Assembly (NCBI GenBank): GCA_963700265.1
Contig: CAVOWX010000002.1
Location: forward strand, 343,648 to 407,647
Length of the DNA stretch: 64,000 bases
Origin: an uncultured Acidimicrobiaceae bacterium
GTDB lineage: Bacteria; Actinomycetota; Acidimicrobiia; Acidimicrobiales; Ilumatobacteraceae
Direction: 5' to 3'
A model generated the notes under the pieces. It was not told where the DNA came from, ran no database searches, and was given only the letters and a program-made list of their open reading frames with translations. A program made the translations under genes and the position numbers. This document shows, one piece after another, positions 41,264-51,602 of the stretch (positions are counted from its first letter, which is position 1; each line of letters begins with the position of its first letter).

Positions 41264-42117
41264 CTACACGTCGAGCGAGAAGGTTACGGTGTAGTCGTTC
41301 ACGGCGGCGCCGTTTGCTTTGCGCTGAGTGAAGCGCAACGTCTTCGAAACGGACTCGAGGTCGTTGAGCGCCGACAGATCGTTTGTGGTCAGGGAGAGTT
41401 GCTGCACGCCGCCGATCAGATCATCGGCGTTCAAGTGCCCTGGGCTGAGCCCGAGCACCCGTGCCGTTTCGATCGTGCCGGTCATGTTGCTGATCATCGT
41501 GGTCACATACGACGAGTAGGGACGGTTCGTGTTCGTGACTCTGGCGGCAAGCAGTTCGGTGCGGACGACGCCTCGGATGGCATCGGGACTCGCCCCGTCG
41601 TTTTCCATCATGGCCACGAGGAAGATCACGTCCTGTGGGGCAGCGATCGGCTGCGCCAGACCATTCACGTTCCAGAAGGCAGGTCGATCCGCGCTCGGCA
41701 ACAGCGCCGCAAGATGCGTCCCTCCCGGGCCGACGCCTGACCACGGACCGACCTTCACCACGTTGATCGAGGGAAGTGCAATGCCGACGATTCCGGCATT
41801 CACGACGTTGGTCATGTCGAAGGTGGCGATGAGCAGGTATGGCTCATCGTGACCAACCTTGCGCGCTTCGCCGCGTGACAATGGATCTTGGCGACCGTCC
41901 CCAGGATGTTCTGTGGGATCGGGTTCTGGGCTTGCGCCTCCTGTGCGAGGCAGAGATCGAGGGCTCCTTCGGCGCTCTCGATGTCTGCGTCGATTCGGTC
42001 GAGTTGTGCCTGAGCCGCTTGAAGGCCGGCGCCCTGGAGGAACTGCATCACCTCGACTTGTTGGCGGCGTTGGGTGCGGAGCTGGGTCAGATCGGTTTGT
42101 AGTGCGGTGCATGACAT
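41264..42117 (-). CDS. Hypothetical protein (N-terminal coiled coil plus beta-rich DEPY domain), apparent frameshift near 41862
   Basis: MSCTALQTDLTQLR...KIHCHAAK joins KVGHDEPYLLIATFDM...YTVTFSLDV in another frame; GAGG RBS. Confidence 0.7.
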
Positions 42118-42165
42118 GGCGGAGTCCTCTGTTCGTGGCGGTGCTCGAATTGCCCCGCTCCACCC

Positions 42166-42193
42166 CAAGATCCACAGAACGAGCAACAGATAC
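42166..42193 (-). promoter_or_regulatory. Putative ECF sigma promoter P4: GTATC-N15-GGATCTTG
   Basis: Minus strand cGTATC tgttgctcgttctgt GGATCTTG, about 50 bp upstream of ATG 42117. Confidence 0.7.
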
Positions 42194-42228
42194 GTCGAGA
42201 CGACCCTTTGCTGTATGGATCTCGGGTG

Positions 42229-43878
42229 TCAGCAGACCTTGGTCACCGGGCCGGTTGCCTTCGTGTCGCTCGGCAACGTGAGGTCGACAAGTGCTACAGC
42301 CTTGCCCGGGCCGAGATCGGCACGCGTGGCCGAACCATCGCAGGGCACCTGAGGCTTGGCGCCGCTCCGCCCGAGCAGCACGCTCGCATCCCAGACCGAG
42401 ATGTGGTGTGTAGACATCAACTCTGCCAGGGATGCCGCAACGTGCGGAGTGGCGAACGACGTTCCCTGCACTTTCGCCCGGCCCTCGATCAGCACGCTCT
42501 CGACGAGCACTCCCTGCTCGTCGAACGACTCGAAGGTGATGTCGTCGGCATGCAGCGTGACGATGTCCACACCAGGTGCGTAGAAGTCGACCCACGACCC
42601 GCGAGCCGAGAATCCGGCGACGGGCCCAGTTCTGGACGTGGAGGTGATCGGACCACCATCGGCGTCGAGCGTTGCGTCGAGCGCGCCAACCGAGATGACC
42701 CCGGGAAAGCCGGCCGGGTACTCGCGGCGCTGGGTGCCATGGTTGCCCGCTGCTGCGATGATCGCCATCTCGCCGGGACGCCGGGGCGAGAGCCGCTGTA
42801 CGGCCTCGGAGGCGGCGCGAAGCGAAACCGGAACGAGTTCGTCGCCGGGCAACGCCGGATCGAGCTCGCACGCCATCGTCCCGAACGATGCGACCAGCAG
42901 GTTGGGCCAGAGGTTCGTCGCACTGCCGGAGATCGTGGTGACCATCCGCTTGGCCGACGTGAAATCAGTACTGACTCCGTCGCGTGTGATGCGGGCGTTC
43001 TCCACGATCGCGCCCGGCACGAGCGTGGCGATGTGGGCCGAGATCGCCAACCCATGGTCGACCCACAGATTGTCGGCGAGGCCCGGGACCTGACGGTCAG
43101 GAATCTCGACGTCTGCGGGGAGCACCGCGGTCACGTTGGGGATCAGTGCCGGTTCGGTGGTGGCGGCGAGGCCCGAGTCGAAGACCATGATCCGGGTACC
43201 TGCACCGAGTTCCGGTCCGCCCTTCTTGAACGGCTTGCGCGAAACGGGAAGTTCGCTCGTCGGCTGCGGGAGTCCGTCGGGCTGGAAGAAGTCGTGACCA
43301 CCTTGCAGCATGGTGACGTAGTCGGGTGCCGCTGCAACCCCGAATTCGTTGACGAGGTGGCGTGCAAGTCCGACGACGTCGTACGCGCCGCCGACGGGCA
43401 GTTCGAACGCGTAGACAGGGCGAATCGGTGGCTCGCCGTCGTCAATTGTCGGGAACACGATGGAGTCCACGGCGCGCGTCGTGGTGGGCAGCGACGAACC
43501 GATCGGAGCTCTCAGCGATCGTGTGCTCGTACGGTTCGCTCGAGCCGGGGATGACGGCGGTGACGGAGCGATCCACGCGTCGATCCATCCAGACACGGTC
43601 GCCGGCGATTGGTTGGTCTGAACGATGACCCGATTCGCGACGTATGCCACTTCGGCCAGCGGGCCGCCGCAGTTCGGTGAGTTGTCGTACTGGAGGTCGC
43701 CGAACCCTGACGGAATGGTCGGTTCGAGCACACTTGTCCGCACAACGGCCAGCGCTGCGTTTTGCGTGGGTTGCCCAGCGACCGCTGGGATGCCTGTGCC
43801 GATCGCGGCAGCCAGCGCGACGAGTCGTACGCCCCGAACGATGTGACGGTCCCGATGTGGGTGGAGTGTGTTCTTCAT
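42229..43878 (-). CDS. Subtilase (S8 family serine peptidase) with signal peptide
   Basis: Triad VFDSG, DHGLAIS, GTSFATPHVA; oxyanion AAAGNHG; YPAGFPGVISVGA. Confidence 0.88.
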   Translation of the reverse strand: MKNTLHPHRDRHIVRGVRLVALAAAIGTGIPAVAGQPTQNAALAVVRTSVLEPTIPSGFGDLQYDNSPNCGGPLAEVAYVANRVIVQTNQSPATVSGWIDAWIAPSPPSSPARANRTSTRSLRAPIGSSLPTTTRAVDSIVFPTIDDGEPPIRPVYAFELPVGGAYDVVGLARHLVNEFGVAAAPDYVTMLQGGHDFFQPDGLPQPTSELPVSRKPFKKGGPELGAGTRIMVFDSGLAATTEPALIPNVTAVLPADVEIPDRQVPGLADNLWVDHGLAISAHIATLVPGAIVENARITRDGVSTDFTSAKRMVTTISGSATNLWPNLLVASFGTMACELDPALPGDELVPVSLRAASEAVQRLSPRRPGEMAIIAAAGNHGTQRREYPAGFPGVISVGALDATLDADGGPITSTSRTGPVAGFSARGSWVDFYAPGVDIVTLHADDITFESFDEQGVLVESVLIEGRAKVQGTSFATPHVAASLAELMSTHHISVWDASVLLGRSGAKPQVPCDGSATRADLGPGKAVALVDLTLPSDTKATGPVTKVC

Positions 43879-43900
43879 GATCTGTGTCCCCTTGTGTGTG

Positions 43901-44371
43901 TCAGCTCAGCACGAACCAGTCGGTGCTGATCGTGCGGCCGGACGAATCGGTGAGCACGATCCGATGCGGACCGGTCGTGTTGGTAGTGAGGTTGAAGCTG
44001 CCCAGATCGTCGGCCTCGTCCGTTGCGACGACCTCCCCGTCGGAACCGACGAGCTGAATCGACGTGGACTCGCCGGTGATCAGTTGCCCGTTGATGTGTC
44101 CCGATTCGATGTCGACTACGAGTTCGGCTCTGCGGTCGGAGGTGGCGAACAGCAGACCCTCACCGGTGCCACCTCTCGTGCCGACCAACTCGTCGCCGGC
44201 TTCTTGGAGCAGTGCGTTGAGTTCTGCGTCGACGTCGAGCCACGTTGCCAGCTGTTCTGAGCGTTCGAGCAGACCATGTGGCAATGGGTCGGGCCCGAGC
44301 GCGGCGGCGAGTCGAGCAAGGAGTTGCTGTTCGTCAGCGGTGATGTCGTCTGGATCCGGGCGTTGGTTCAT
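43901..44371 (-). CDS. Putative anti-sigma factor (helical N-terminus, Gly-rich linker, beta-sandwich C-terminus)
   Basis: 156 aa directly after the ECF sigma gene; LLARLAAALGPDPLP...GTRGG...ADDLGSF...TDWFVL; anti-sigma role inferred from context. Confidence 0.6.
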   Translation of the reverse strand: MNQRPDPDDITADEQQLLARLAAALGPDPLPHGLLERSEQLATWLDVDAELNALLQEAGDELVGTRGGTGEGLLFATSDRRAELVVDIESGHINGQLITGESTSIQLVGSDGEVVATDEADDLGSFNLTTNTTGPHRIVLTDSSGRTISTDWFVLS

Positions 44372-44409
44372 GGGATTTCCTTGGTGTCGCGTCCGACACC
44401 GGTTGTTCG

Positions 44410-44437
44410 CAAGATCCTCGGTGATCGTGCTGGATAC
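44410..44437 (-). promoter_or_regulatory. Putative ECF sigma promoter P3: GTATC-N15-GGATCTTG
   Basis: Minus strand tGTATC cagcacgatcaccga GGATCTTG, about 40 bp upstream of ATG 44371. Confidence 0.75.
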
Positions 44438-44477
44438 AAGATTGTCGATGGGCACTGAGATCTGGTCGGCGGTGCGG

Positions 44478-45068
44478 TCATTGGTGGTTCTCCCGTGGGA
44501 GGAGCGACCGCAGTTGGTCGAGGCACCGACGCCGCGTCGGACCGAGCGAGCCACGCGGCCGACCGATCGATGCGGCAACCTCGTCGTAGCTCAGCGGCGG
44601 ATCACAGAGCATCAGCTGCAACAGTTGCCGACACTCGTCGCCGAGCAGCGCGAACGCGGTGCGTAGTGCCGTGGCGGTTTCGTCGGCAATGATGTTCGAG
44701 TCGGGTGCGGTGGGCTGCTCATCGCGTGGCTGGTCCCAAAACGCGGCCACAGGAACGGTGCGGGTGCGGGTGACCAATTTGCGAGCGTCGTTGCGCACCA
44801 CCATGCACAGCCACGGCCGCACCGAGCCCGGCGCCCGAAGTCCGTCCGCCCGTTCGATCAGTCGCAACCACGCGGTTTGGACGAGGTCGTCGCAGGTTGC
44901 AGGGTCGAGACGAAACGAACGGGCAACCGCGTACATACGAGGGCTGAGGCGACGAACGAGCACTGACCAGGCGCTCGATCGTTGCGCACCGCCACCCACG
45001 GCGAGGTGGAGCAACTCCTCGTCTGTCGCCTCGCCCAGGGCGATGTGATGGTCGCTCACTTCACTCAT
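44478..45068 (-). CDS. ECF RNA polymerase sigma factor
   Basis: Region 2 DDLVQTAWLRL...PWLCMVVRN; region 4 LSYDEVAASIGRPRGSLGPTRRRCLDQLR; ATGA overlap with the CHAT gene. Confidence 0.92.
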   Translation of the reverse strand: MSEVSDHHIALGEATDEELLHLAVGGGAQRSSAWSVLVRRLSPRMYAVARSFRLDPATCDDLVQTAWLRLIERADGLRAPGSVRPWLCMVVRNDARKLVTRTRTVPVAAFWDQPRDEQPTAPDSNIIADETATALRTAFALLGDECRQLLQLMLCDPPLSYDEVAASIGRPRGSLGPTRRRCLDQLRSLLPRENHQ

Positions 45069-47662
45069 CCTCGCCCCCACACCGTCAGCGTCTGGGCCGC
45101 AACCGTGTCGCGATGATCGGCGCGAACCTGCGCCAAGGCGGTCGCCGGGCCGACACCATCAGCCAGGTGCCGGTGCACCTCGGAGAGGACACGACACGTC
45201 ATGGCATCGTCGGGCAAGAGGGTCGCCGATGCGATGACGGACCGCGCTCCCATGTGCAACAGCGCCGACGCAAACCCAGGCAAGGCAGCACCCGAGGGGC
45301 CAGCGGACACCCCGGACTCACATGTGGACAACACCACCAGCGAGGCGACGACCCGCCGCCTCGTGAGCTCATGCAGCACCAGTGGTCCGTCGGAGAGTTC
45401 GAGTGTGGACCACATCGGATTGTCACGACGGATCCTGGTGTGTGCCGCGAGATGGACGGTGTCTGACGTTCGCATCGCTTCGATCACGGCGTTGCGATGG
45501 GCGTCGTCACCGTGGAGCTGTGTTGCGCTCGGATAGTGCCCGGCAACCAACATGGCTTCGTGTCCGGCGAACTGCAGTCGCGGACCGGCGACGGTCGTGA
45601 CGTGGTCGAGGCGTCGTGGCCGCGCTCGTGTTGTTTCGCACCACCAGCTCAGCGACGGAACCTGCGTGAACGAGCGAGACACCAGCGATCGGGTTGCCGA
45701 CCACGGAGCACGCTGAAGTTCGTCTGGCATCGCGATGATCACCGGTCCATCGGCCAACTCGAGCGGTTCGAGCACGAGTTGGTCGAGCCGATCGAGCGCG
45801 AACCGCTGGCGTCGCACTAGATCGTCCGATGGTGGTTCGGCATCACCGGCGCGGGCGCGAGCTGACAGAAGCCGGGCCGATGCTGCGCATGCCCGCAACA
45901 CATCGTCCGTTGATCCCAGATCGACGGCTCGGGCTGTTCCGCACTCGACCACGATCGCCAGGACCCGGTCGCCATGCGTGTCGATGGAAATCCCAACGTG
46001 GTCGTGCAATCGCTGCGGGTCGAAGCACAATCCGCGGTGCGTCGCCGAGGTTGTTCGCCCGCTGCTCAGCAAGTCATCTCGCAGGGCGGTTTCGAGTTCG
46101 ATTCTGCGTCGATCGAGTGCCTCGCTGTCACGGCCCGACGATGCCGGTCGTGTCTCCGACTCTCGGATCTCGGTCAGCACCGAGCGCAGCTCGGAAGTCT
46201 TGCGCACGTCGAGCACCACTGCGGCAGGCATCCAGACAGGAACAGCGAAACGGCGCTGCTCGCTCCAGGCCAGGGTTCGAACCGGTTCATCGAGGCGCAC
46301 GGCCACCTCGGATCCGAGCGCCGAGAGAGCAGATGCATGCAGTGCCGATCCGCTACGTGCATCGGCACTGCCGATCGCTCTCCGGTACTGGTCGAACTCG
46401 CTCAACGCTGCGGTGATCGTCTCGAGTGCTTCTCGGTTGTGGCCGGCGGCGGCGTCAACGGCTGCCGCCGCGTGCGCTGCGGCCAGGCGATGTTCGACGA
46501 ACGGAATCGAGGCGGCGGTACGAGCACACTCCCGCGCCGCATGCTCCGCTCGGCGGGCGTCACCGAGCGACAGGGCGATCTCGGCGACGAGTTGCCATGC
46601 CTCGACCTCGAGGCGAGCTTGCCCGGACGTGGCCAAACGAGTGGCGATCTGCTCGGCGGAATCGAGCACCGTGACATCGGACTCGCCATCGCGGGCCAAC
46701 GATCGCAGCAACTCGAGTTGGGCCTGGAAGAGATGTCCAGTTGCGCCGAGGTCCTCGAAGATGGCGGCGGCTGCCTGGGCGAGCGCTCCGCTTCCGGACT
46801 TGCCGGCGAGTCGACACGCTTCTGCCTGCAAGAGGAGCGCTTCGGCAACGCCGGCACGGTCGCGTTCCGCGGCGAGTGCTTCCACGACGCGCTGGAGACC
46901 ATCGATGGCATCGTCGAAAAGCCCAGCGGTCATCAAGGCCTCTGCTCTCGACACCGCCGCGTCCTGCAAGTGGTGGTCGTGTCCAGCGGCGGCATCGCAC
47001 GCTTCGTCGAGCAACACCAACGCCTTCGGAATGTCGCCGAGGTTCACATGCGCCCACGCCATGTTCTCGATCACGAGGATGACGGCGAAGTCCTGGCCCG
47101 CTTCGGCAAAGAGATTGCGGGCTTCTGCGAAGTCGTCGAGCGCCCGGAGTGGGTCGCCGCGCAACACATTCAGTGACCCTCGGTTCGAAATGACCCGGGC
47201 GGTGGTGACGATGTCCGCGGACAACCGCAGCGCCGGGAGCGCGTCCTCGTACAGCGCCAGTGCCTCATCGAGGCGACCTTCGCGTTTTGCCAGGACAGCG
47301 CGCTGAATGTTGACCTGGGTGCGCATCCGCGGCGATCCGTGGCGCTCGGCTTGCGCCAGGTGCACGGCAGTGAGCGTCGCTCCTCGAGCGAAGGTGGCGA
47401 CCGATGCCGCAACGAGGTGGGCATCGGCCAACACGTCGCCTCCGACACGCGCTGCGACCGAGATCGCATCGTCGATGGCGCGCTCGGCGAGATCGATCTC
47501 GCCGAGATTCCGCCGAGCCCGCGCCACCACCGTCGCGGCGACGGCCGTCGTTTCGAGGTCACCGCCGGAGCGCGCGATCTCCGCGATGTGAGCGGCGCGG
47601 GCGGCGACTTCGCGGGGGTTCTTATCGACGTTCGCGCCGAGCTCCTCCAGCTCGGTGATCAT
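45065..47662 (-). CDS. TPR-CHAT (caspase-like) protease
   Basis: N-terminal TPR-like repeats; CHAT domain with catalytic His (VHLAAH) and Cys (VVLSTCESG), GARSVIAS. Confidence 0.88.
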   Translation of the reverse strand: MITELEELGANVDKNPREVAARAAHIAEIARSGGDLETTAVAATVVARARRNLGEIDLAERAIDDAISVAARVGGDVLADAHLVAASVATFARGATLTAVHLAQAERHGSPRMRTQVNIQRAVLAKREGRLDEALALYEDALPALRLSADIVTTARVISNRGSLNVLRGDPLRALDDFAEARNLFAEAGQDFAVILVIENMAWAHVNLGDIPKALVLLDEACDAAAGHDHHLQDAAVSRAEALMTAGLFDDAIDGLQRVVEALAAERDRAGVAEALLLQAEACRLAGKSGSGALAQAAAAIFEDLGATGHLFQAQLELLRSLARDGESDVTVLDSAEQIATRLATSGQARLEVEAWQLVAEIALSLGDARRAEHAARECARTAASIPFVEHRLAAAHAAAAVDAAAGHNREALETITAALSEFDQYRRAIGSADARSGSALHASALSALGSEVAVRLDEPVRTLAWSEQRRFAVPVWMPAAVVLDVRKTSELRSVLTEIRESETRPASSGRDSEALDRRRIELETALRDDLLSSGRTTSATHRGLCFDPQRLHDHVGISIDTHGDRVLAIVVECGTARAVDLGSTDDVLRACAASARLLSARARAGDAEPPSDDLVRRQRFALDRLDQLVLEPLELADGPVIIAMPDELQRAPWSATRSLVSRSFTQVPSLSWWCETTRARPRRLDHVTTVAGPRLQFAGHEAMLVAGHYPSATQLHGDDAHRNAVIEAMRTSDTVHLAAHTRIRRDNPMWSTLELSDGPLVLHELTRRRVVASLVVLSTCESGVSAGPSGAALPGFASALLHMGARSVIASATLLPDDAMTCRVLSEVHRHLADGVGPATALAQVRADHRDTVAAQTLTVWGRG

Positions 47663-47670
47663 CGCCGCAA

Positions 47671-47676
47671 ATACTA
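47671..47676 (-). promoter_or_regulatory. Housekeeping-type -10 box (TAGTAT) for a near-leaderless CHAT-sigma transcript
   Basis: TAGTAT 8 nt upstream of ATG 47662; no RBS. Confidence 0.5.
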
Positions 47677-47763
47677 CGCTGCCCGTCAGGCACGCGAGCC
47701 GCGGGTTTCGTCGGGATGCCGACCATCGGTGCTATGCAGCCGAACCGATGGTCAGCTACCTGG

Positions 47764-50700
47764 TCACAGGAGCCAATCGGATGGAATCTCGACAGTTTCG
47801 CGATAGACCAACTCGACATCTTCGACGGCAGCGCCGGTGTCCGCATCGGTCCGCATGACCGGTTCGAGATCTTCGAGCACCAACCGGAGGTTGGTGCTCG
47901 ACGTCGGCAAGGTGATCACACCTCGATGCCGGGTCGTTCCCCGTACGACGCTCGGGGACAACGTGACGATCATTGGGTCGAGCCCGTCGAGGAGATCGGC
48001 CCAGCGTAGATCCGGATCGGTGATGCCGGTATCGGCCTGTTGGACCCGAACCTGGACGGTGTGATCGATGGGGGCATGCCACATCGAACACAGCACGTCG
48101 CCGGGCGTCGCTTGGCGCTGTGCGGCTGTCCGGCGTCGGGGGCCGAGTCGGACCGGATCGGTCCCCACCTCGTCGGACAGAGCCAGCCCGTCGAGTGCGA
48201 TCGGCTGATAGCGGGCGAGTGTGAGCTGGAGGAACGGTCGTTCGCCGATCTCGGCCTCGATCGGAACATCGGCAATCCAGACGCCTCGTTCCGCATCGAA
48301 GACGACGGCGTGCGCGGCGACATCGGCATCGCCGACGTGCGCGGTCTCGGTGGCGGCCGGAAACATGCCGACCATCGGTGCGACGATCTCAGCTCCACCG
48401 GAGACGAGTGGATCGCGTCCCCAACGGGTGCGGGTCGGAACGGTTCCAGCTGGCGGGTTGCGGTCGAGGACGACCGCAAGGCGTTCTTCTTCGCCGCTCG
48501 ACCACCACGGACGCTCGAGCATCACTCGCACGACTCGACCATCATGATCGACGATGATCCGGTCGTCGGCTTCGTCGATGGTGCGCGTGGCGGCAGGAAC
48601 CACCCCGGCGACGACGGGAGGCGTCGGGCGAATCGCGGCGGGAAACACCTGGGTCGTAGTACCTCGAGGGGCATCGATCGAAGGGCGCGAGATCGGGAGA
48701 GGGATGTATCTGACGGTGAGATCGGTGTCGAGTTCCAGCGAGCCTGTGGGAACCCGGGTGATCGTTCCCGTTGCGCGATCGACCGTGAAGTCGATGTCGC
48801 GCCGCAACGTCGCACCGTCCGCATCGACGATCTTCACCGAGCGAGGCACGACGCCTTCGGTGACCGGCAGAACGGCGAGACCCGACGCCGCCGGGATACG
48901 GAAACCATCGACCTGTTCGGTGAAGTACCTACTGAAGCGACTGAAGGCGGTCATCTGCAATGTCACCGTGTGCCGACGTGGGTCGACCAAGTCGAGCGTC
49001 GTGCCGTCGAGCAGTCCGACGTGCTCCCAGTCATCGGGGCCCAGCTCGATCGGTACCGCCGTGTCGGCTCGATAGCTGCGTTCCGATGGAGCGGTGTCGG
49101 CCAGAACGTCGACCGGATCGGTCCAGTCTCCGATCAGTACGACGCGTTCGGTCGACGGTCGGTCGATGTTGATCCCCGTCGTGATCGCACCGAATCGACT
49201 GCCTGCGTCCCGCGACAGCGCGGGCACGGCGCCGCTGAACGTGGCCGGCTCGACCGGAACTCGAACGGCATGAACGAGCGTGAGCGGCGCACGGGCGGAC
49301 ACGATGTGGTGGCGCCCGCGCTCGATCAGATCGCGTAGTTCGTGCTGGCGCGCCGGAGCCAGCATGCGATACGCATCGAAGTGCTCGACCAGATCGGTGG
49401 CCACCGTGTGCGACAGTTCGATCTCGCGGACGCGGCCGCGGGCAACCCAGAAGCGCAATGGCTCGACGGCACCTTCGGGAGGAATCTCCGTGGCGTCGTC
49501 GCCGGCGTGGAGCTCGACCTGGAGTGCCCGTTGTTCCGGCCAGCTACCGCGGTACGTCGTCGTGATCGGATCGATCTCGCCGGGTGCTCCGCCGAACGTC
49601 ACGCCGGTCGCTGCGGGATCGACGATGTAGTTCGCGAGAGGCTGATCGTCGGCAGGGACATGTTGACCGTCGGCGCCGAACGAGCCTGACACGAGATCAC
49701 CAGTCACCGGGTCCGCACCAACTTGGTCGTCCAAGCGAAGCGCGTCGCGCTCGGCCAGGAAGTCGTACGACGCCGGGTCGACCCCGCCGGCGGGGAGGCC
49801 GTGGAGTTCGAGGCGAGCTTGGGACAGCCGCGGCGGATACATGTGGCGAGTCGTGATCGCGATGTCTTGGTCCGGCTGGTCCAGCTCGCTTTTGATGACG
49901 AGCGTCGCAGCCGTATCGCCGACCCCTGGAATCGCCTTGGGAACGGTTCGGATCGGTATCGGCGCCAGCACCGGTTGGGTGCGACCGAACGTAATGGGTG
50001 GCGAAACCGCCTCGTTCGGTGCCACCTCTGCGACCGTCCTGGAGTTGCCGGCGAGATCCGTTGCGCGCGCCCGCATTTGGTAGGTGTTGCCGTAGCGGAG
50101 TCGTGGCAACGTGCCAGGCACTGGTCGATAGTCGACTTCGAGTTGGGCGGCCTGGCCGGTGACCACCTTGTTGCCGGCCGGCTCCACCGCTCGGCCGGAA
50201 CTGCTCAGTGAGCTCCCTGGGTGAGGTGTTGCCGCCGACCACCCGTTCCATCTGAAGGCCTCGATCGGAAGACGCCACGTCGTCTGATCGTTCGCCTCGT
50301 CCTTGTGGATGTCGGGCTTGCCCTCCTGGGAGTAGGTCACCCGAGTCGATCTCGGCGTGTGCAACTCGTCGCCTTCGGTCGAGACGGCAAGTGTCCACCT
50401 ACCCTCGTCGTCCGGAACCTCGATGTCGAGTGCCGGTACACGTGGAAAGGTGTACCCGGCGATCGAACGGCGCTCGAACGGCGACCGCCAGGTGGGGTCG
50501 TCGAGATCGATGAGGTCGTACCGGTAGCCGGCCGCAACGTCTTCGAGTCCGATGATCGGTGGACGGTTGATGCGATTCGTCAACCATCTGTCGATGTCGT
50601 CCTCGAGGTTTCGCTGGTGAGTCAGTCGTCGGCTCATCGAGGCTGCGAGGTCGGTGTGAACCACCGCGATGCCCGCTTCGAGCGGTGCGGGGATCGGGGC

Positions 50701-51591
50701 TGCGCCATCGCGCGCCACGACGGTCCGCTGGAAGTCGAGCAGTCGTTGCGAAGCACTCGCCAGGTCGCTGGTGGTCATCCTGTAGCGCTCACCGTTGTTC
50801 AGTTTGAGGTATTGGCCCACGTGCTCGTCGGGGAACAGCGGCAGCGGCCAGAGCTCGCCATCGAGTTGCATCACCAGCGGGCACTCATCGCGGGCACCGG
50901 CGCCTGTTGTCGCGGCCCAGTCAGTGCGCACTCTGATCATTCGAGGTGGCGGCGCCAACGGCTGGAGTTCGATGTCGAGATCAACAACCAGGCCGAGCAG
51001 CCGCAGCAGATGCGGGTGAGCCCGGAGAATGGTCAACATCTGATGGAACTCGATGCCGGGGCCATCGAGCGGTACGACTGCTGGCTCTGACGTCGGAAGG
51101 AGGTGCTTCTCGGCATCGAGCAAGGTCGAGCCCTTGAAGATCGCCGATGCGGTGAGTGCGAGCACTTCACGACTGGTCGGGGGGCTTTCAGGGAACTTGT
51201 CGGATACTTCCGCATACAGGTCGCGGAGTGCGTCAACCACCGGCACGCTCGGAAACGCGCGAAACTCGGTATGGCGGCGATCGACGAAGCTGTACTGATC
51301 GACCGGTTGTGACGATGTGGCGGCACGACCGAAGAGCGCCTCCCACACGTCCAGGCGCGGCGTCGGGCTGACGACGGTGATACGAGCCGGGTTGATCGGA
51401 GCCGGCGCCCTGTTGAACAGGACGTCGAAGGAGAGCGCGGCAGCGATCGTCGGCCAATGCGCCCAGTCGAGTGAGTAGTCGGCCAGGGTGCCCTTCTCGT
51501 GAAGGCGCGGGACGAGCGCAACCGAGACGTGCAGCGTGTCGCCGCTGGCCCCGGTTGTCATGGGGATGGTGATGAGTTGGCGGTACGGCAT
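47764..51591 (-). CDS. Large uncharacterised protein B (1275 aa, Pro- and beta-rich)
   Basis: Long ORF with GAGG RBS, 11 nt after protein A; Ig/FnIII-like segment LRYGNTYQMRARATDLAGNS; no signal peptide or TM seen. Confidence 0.85.
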   Translation of the reverse strand: MPYRQLITIPMTTGASGDTLHVSVALVPRLHEKGTLADYSLDWAHWPTIAAALSFDVLFNRAPAPINPARITVVSPTPRLDVWEALFGRAATSSQPVDQYSFVDRRHTEFRAFPSVPVVDALRDLYAEVSDKFPESPPTSREVLALTASAIFKGSTLLDAEKHLLPTSEPAVVPLDGPGIEFHQMLTILRAHPHLLRLLGLVVDLDIELQPLAPPPRMIRVRTDWAATTGAGARDECPLVMQLDGELWPLPLFPDEHVGQYLKLNNGERYRMTTSDLASASQRLLDFQRTVVARDGAAPIPAPLEAGIAVVHTDLAASMSRRLTHQRNLEDDIDRWLTNRINRPPIIGLEDVAAGYRYDLIDLDDPTWRSPFERRSIAGYTFPRVPALDIEVPDDEGRWTLAVSTEGDELHTPRSTRVTYSQEGKPDIHKDEANDQTTWRLPIEAFRWNGWSAATPHPGSSLSSSGRAVEPAGNKVVTGQAAQLEVDYRPVPGTLPRLRYGNTYQMRARATDLAGNSRTVAEVAPNEAVSPPITFGRTQPVLAPIPIRTVPKAIPGVGDTAATLVIKSELDQPDQDIAITTRHMYPPRLSQARLELHGLPAGGVDPASYDFLAERDALRLDDQVGADPVTGDLVSGSFGADGQHVPADDQPLANYIVDPAATGVTFGGAPGEIDPITTTYRGSWPEQRALQVELHAGDDATEIPPEGAVEPLRFWVARGRVREIELSHTVATDLVEHFDAYRMLAPARQHELRDLIERGRHHIVSARAPLTLVHAVRVPVEPATFSGAVPALSRDAGSRFGAITTGINIDRPSTERVVLIGDWTDPVDVLADTAPSERSYRADTAVPIELGPDDWEHVGLLDGTTLDLVDPRRHTVTLQMTAFSRFSRYFTEQVDGFRIPAASGLAVLPVTEGVVPRSVKIVDADGATLRRDIDFTVDRATGTITRVPTGSLELDTDLTVRYIPLPISRPSIDAPRGTTTQVFPAAIRPTPPVVAGVVPAATRTIDEADDRIIVDHDGRVVRVMLERPWWSSGEEERLAVVLDRNPPAGTVPTRTRWGRDPLVSGGAEIVAPMVGMFPAATETAHVGDADVAAHAVVFDAERGVWIADVPIEAEIGERPFLQLTLARYQPIALDGLALSDEVGTDPVRLGPRRRTAAQRQATPGDVLCSMWHAPIDHTVQVRVQQADTGITDPDLRWADLLDGLDPMIVTLSPSVVRGTTRHRGVITLPTSSTNLRLVLEDLEPVMRTDADTGAAVEDVELVYRETVEIPSDWLL

Positions 51592-51602
51592 GGTGTTGGT
51601 CC

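Noticed and set aside
41264-42871. 535-aa ORF as a single gene
   Set aside because: Its N-terminal part is an off-frame read through the subtilase gene and spacer; only the last ~200 aa are protein-like.
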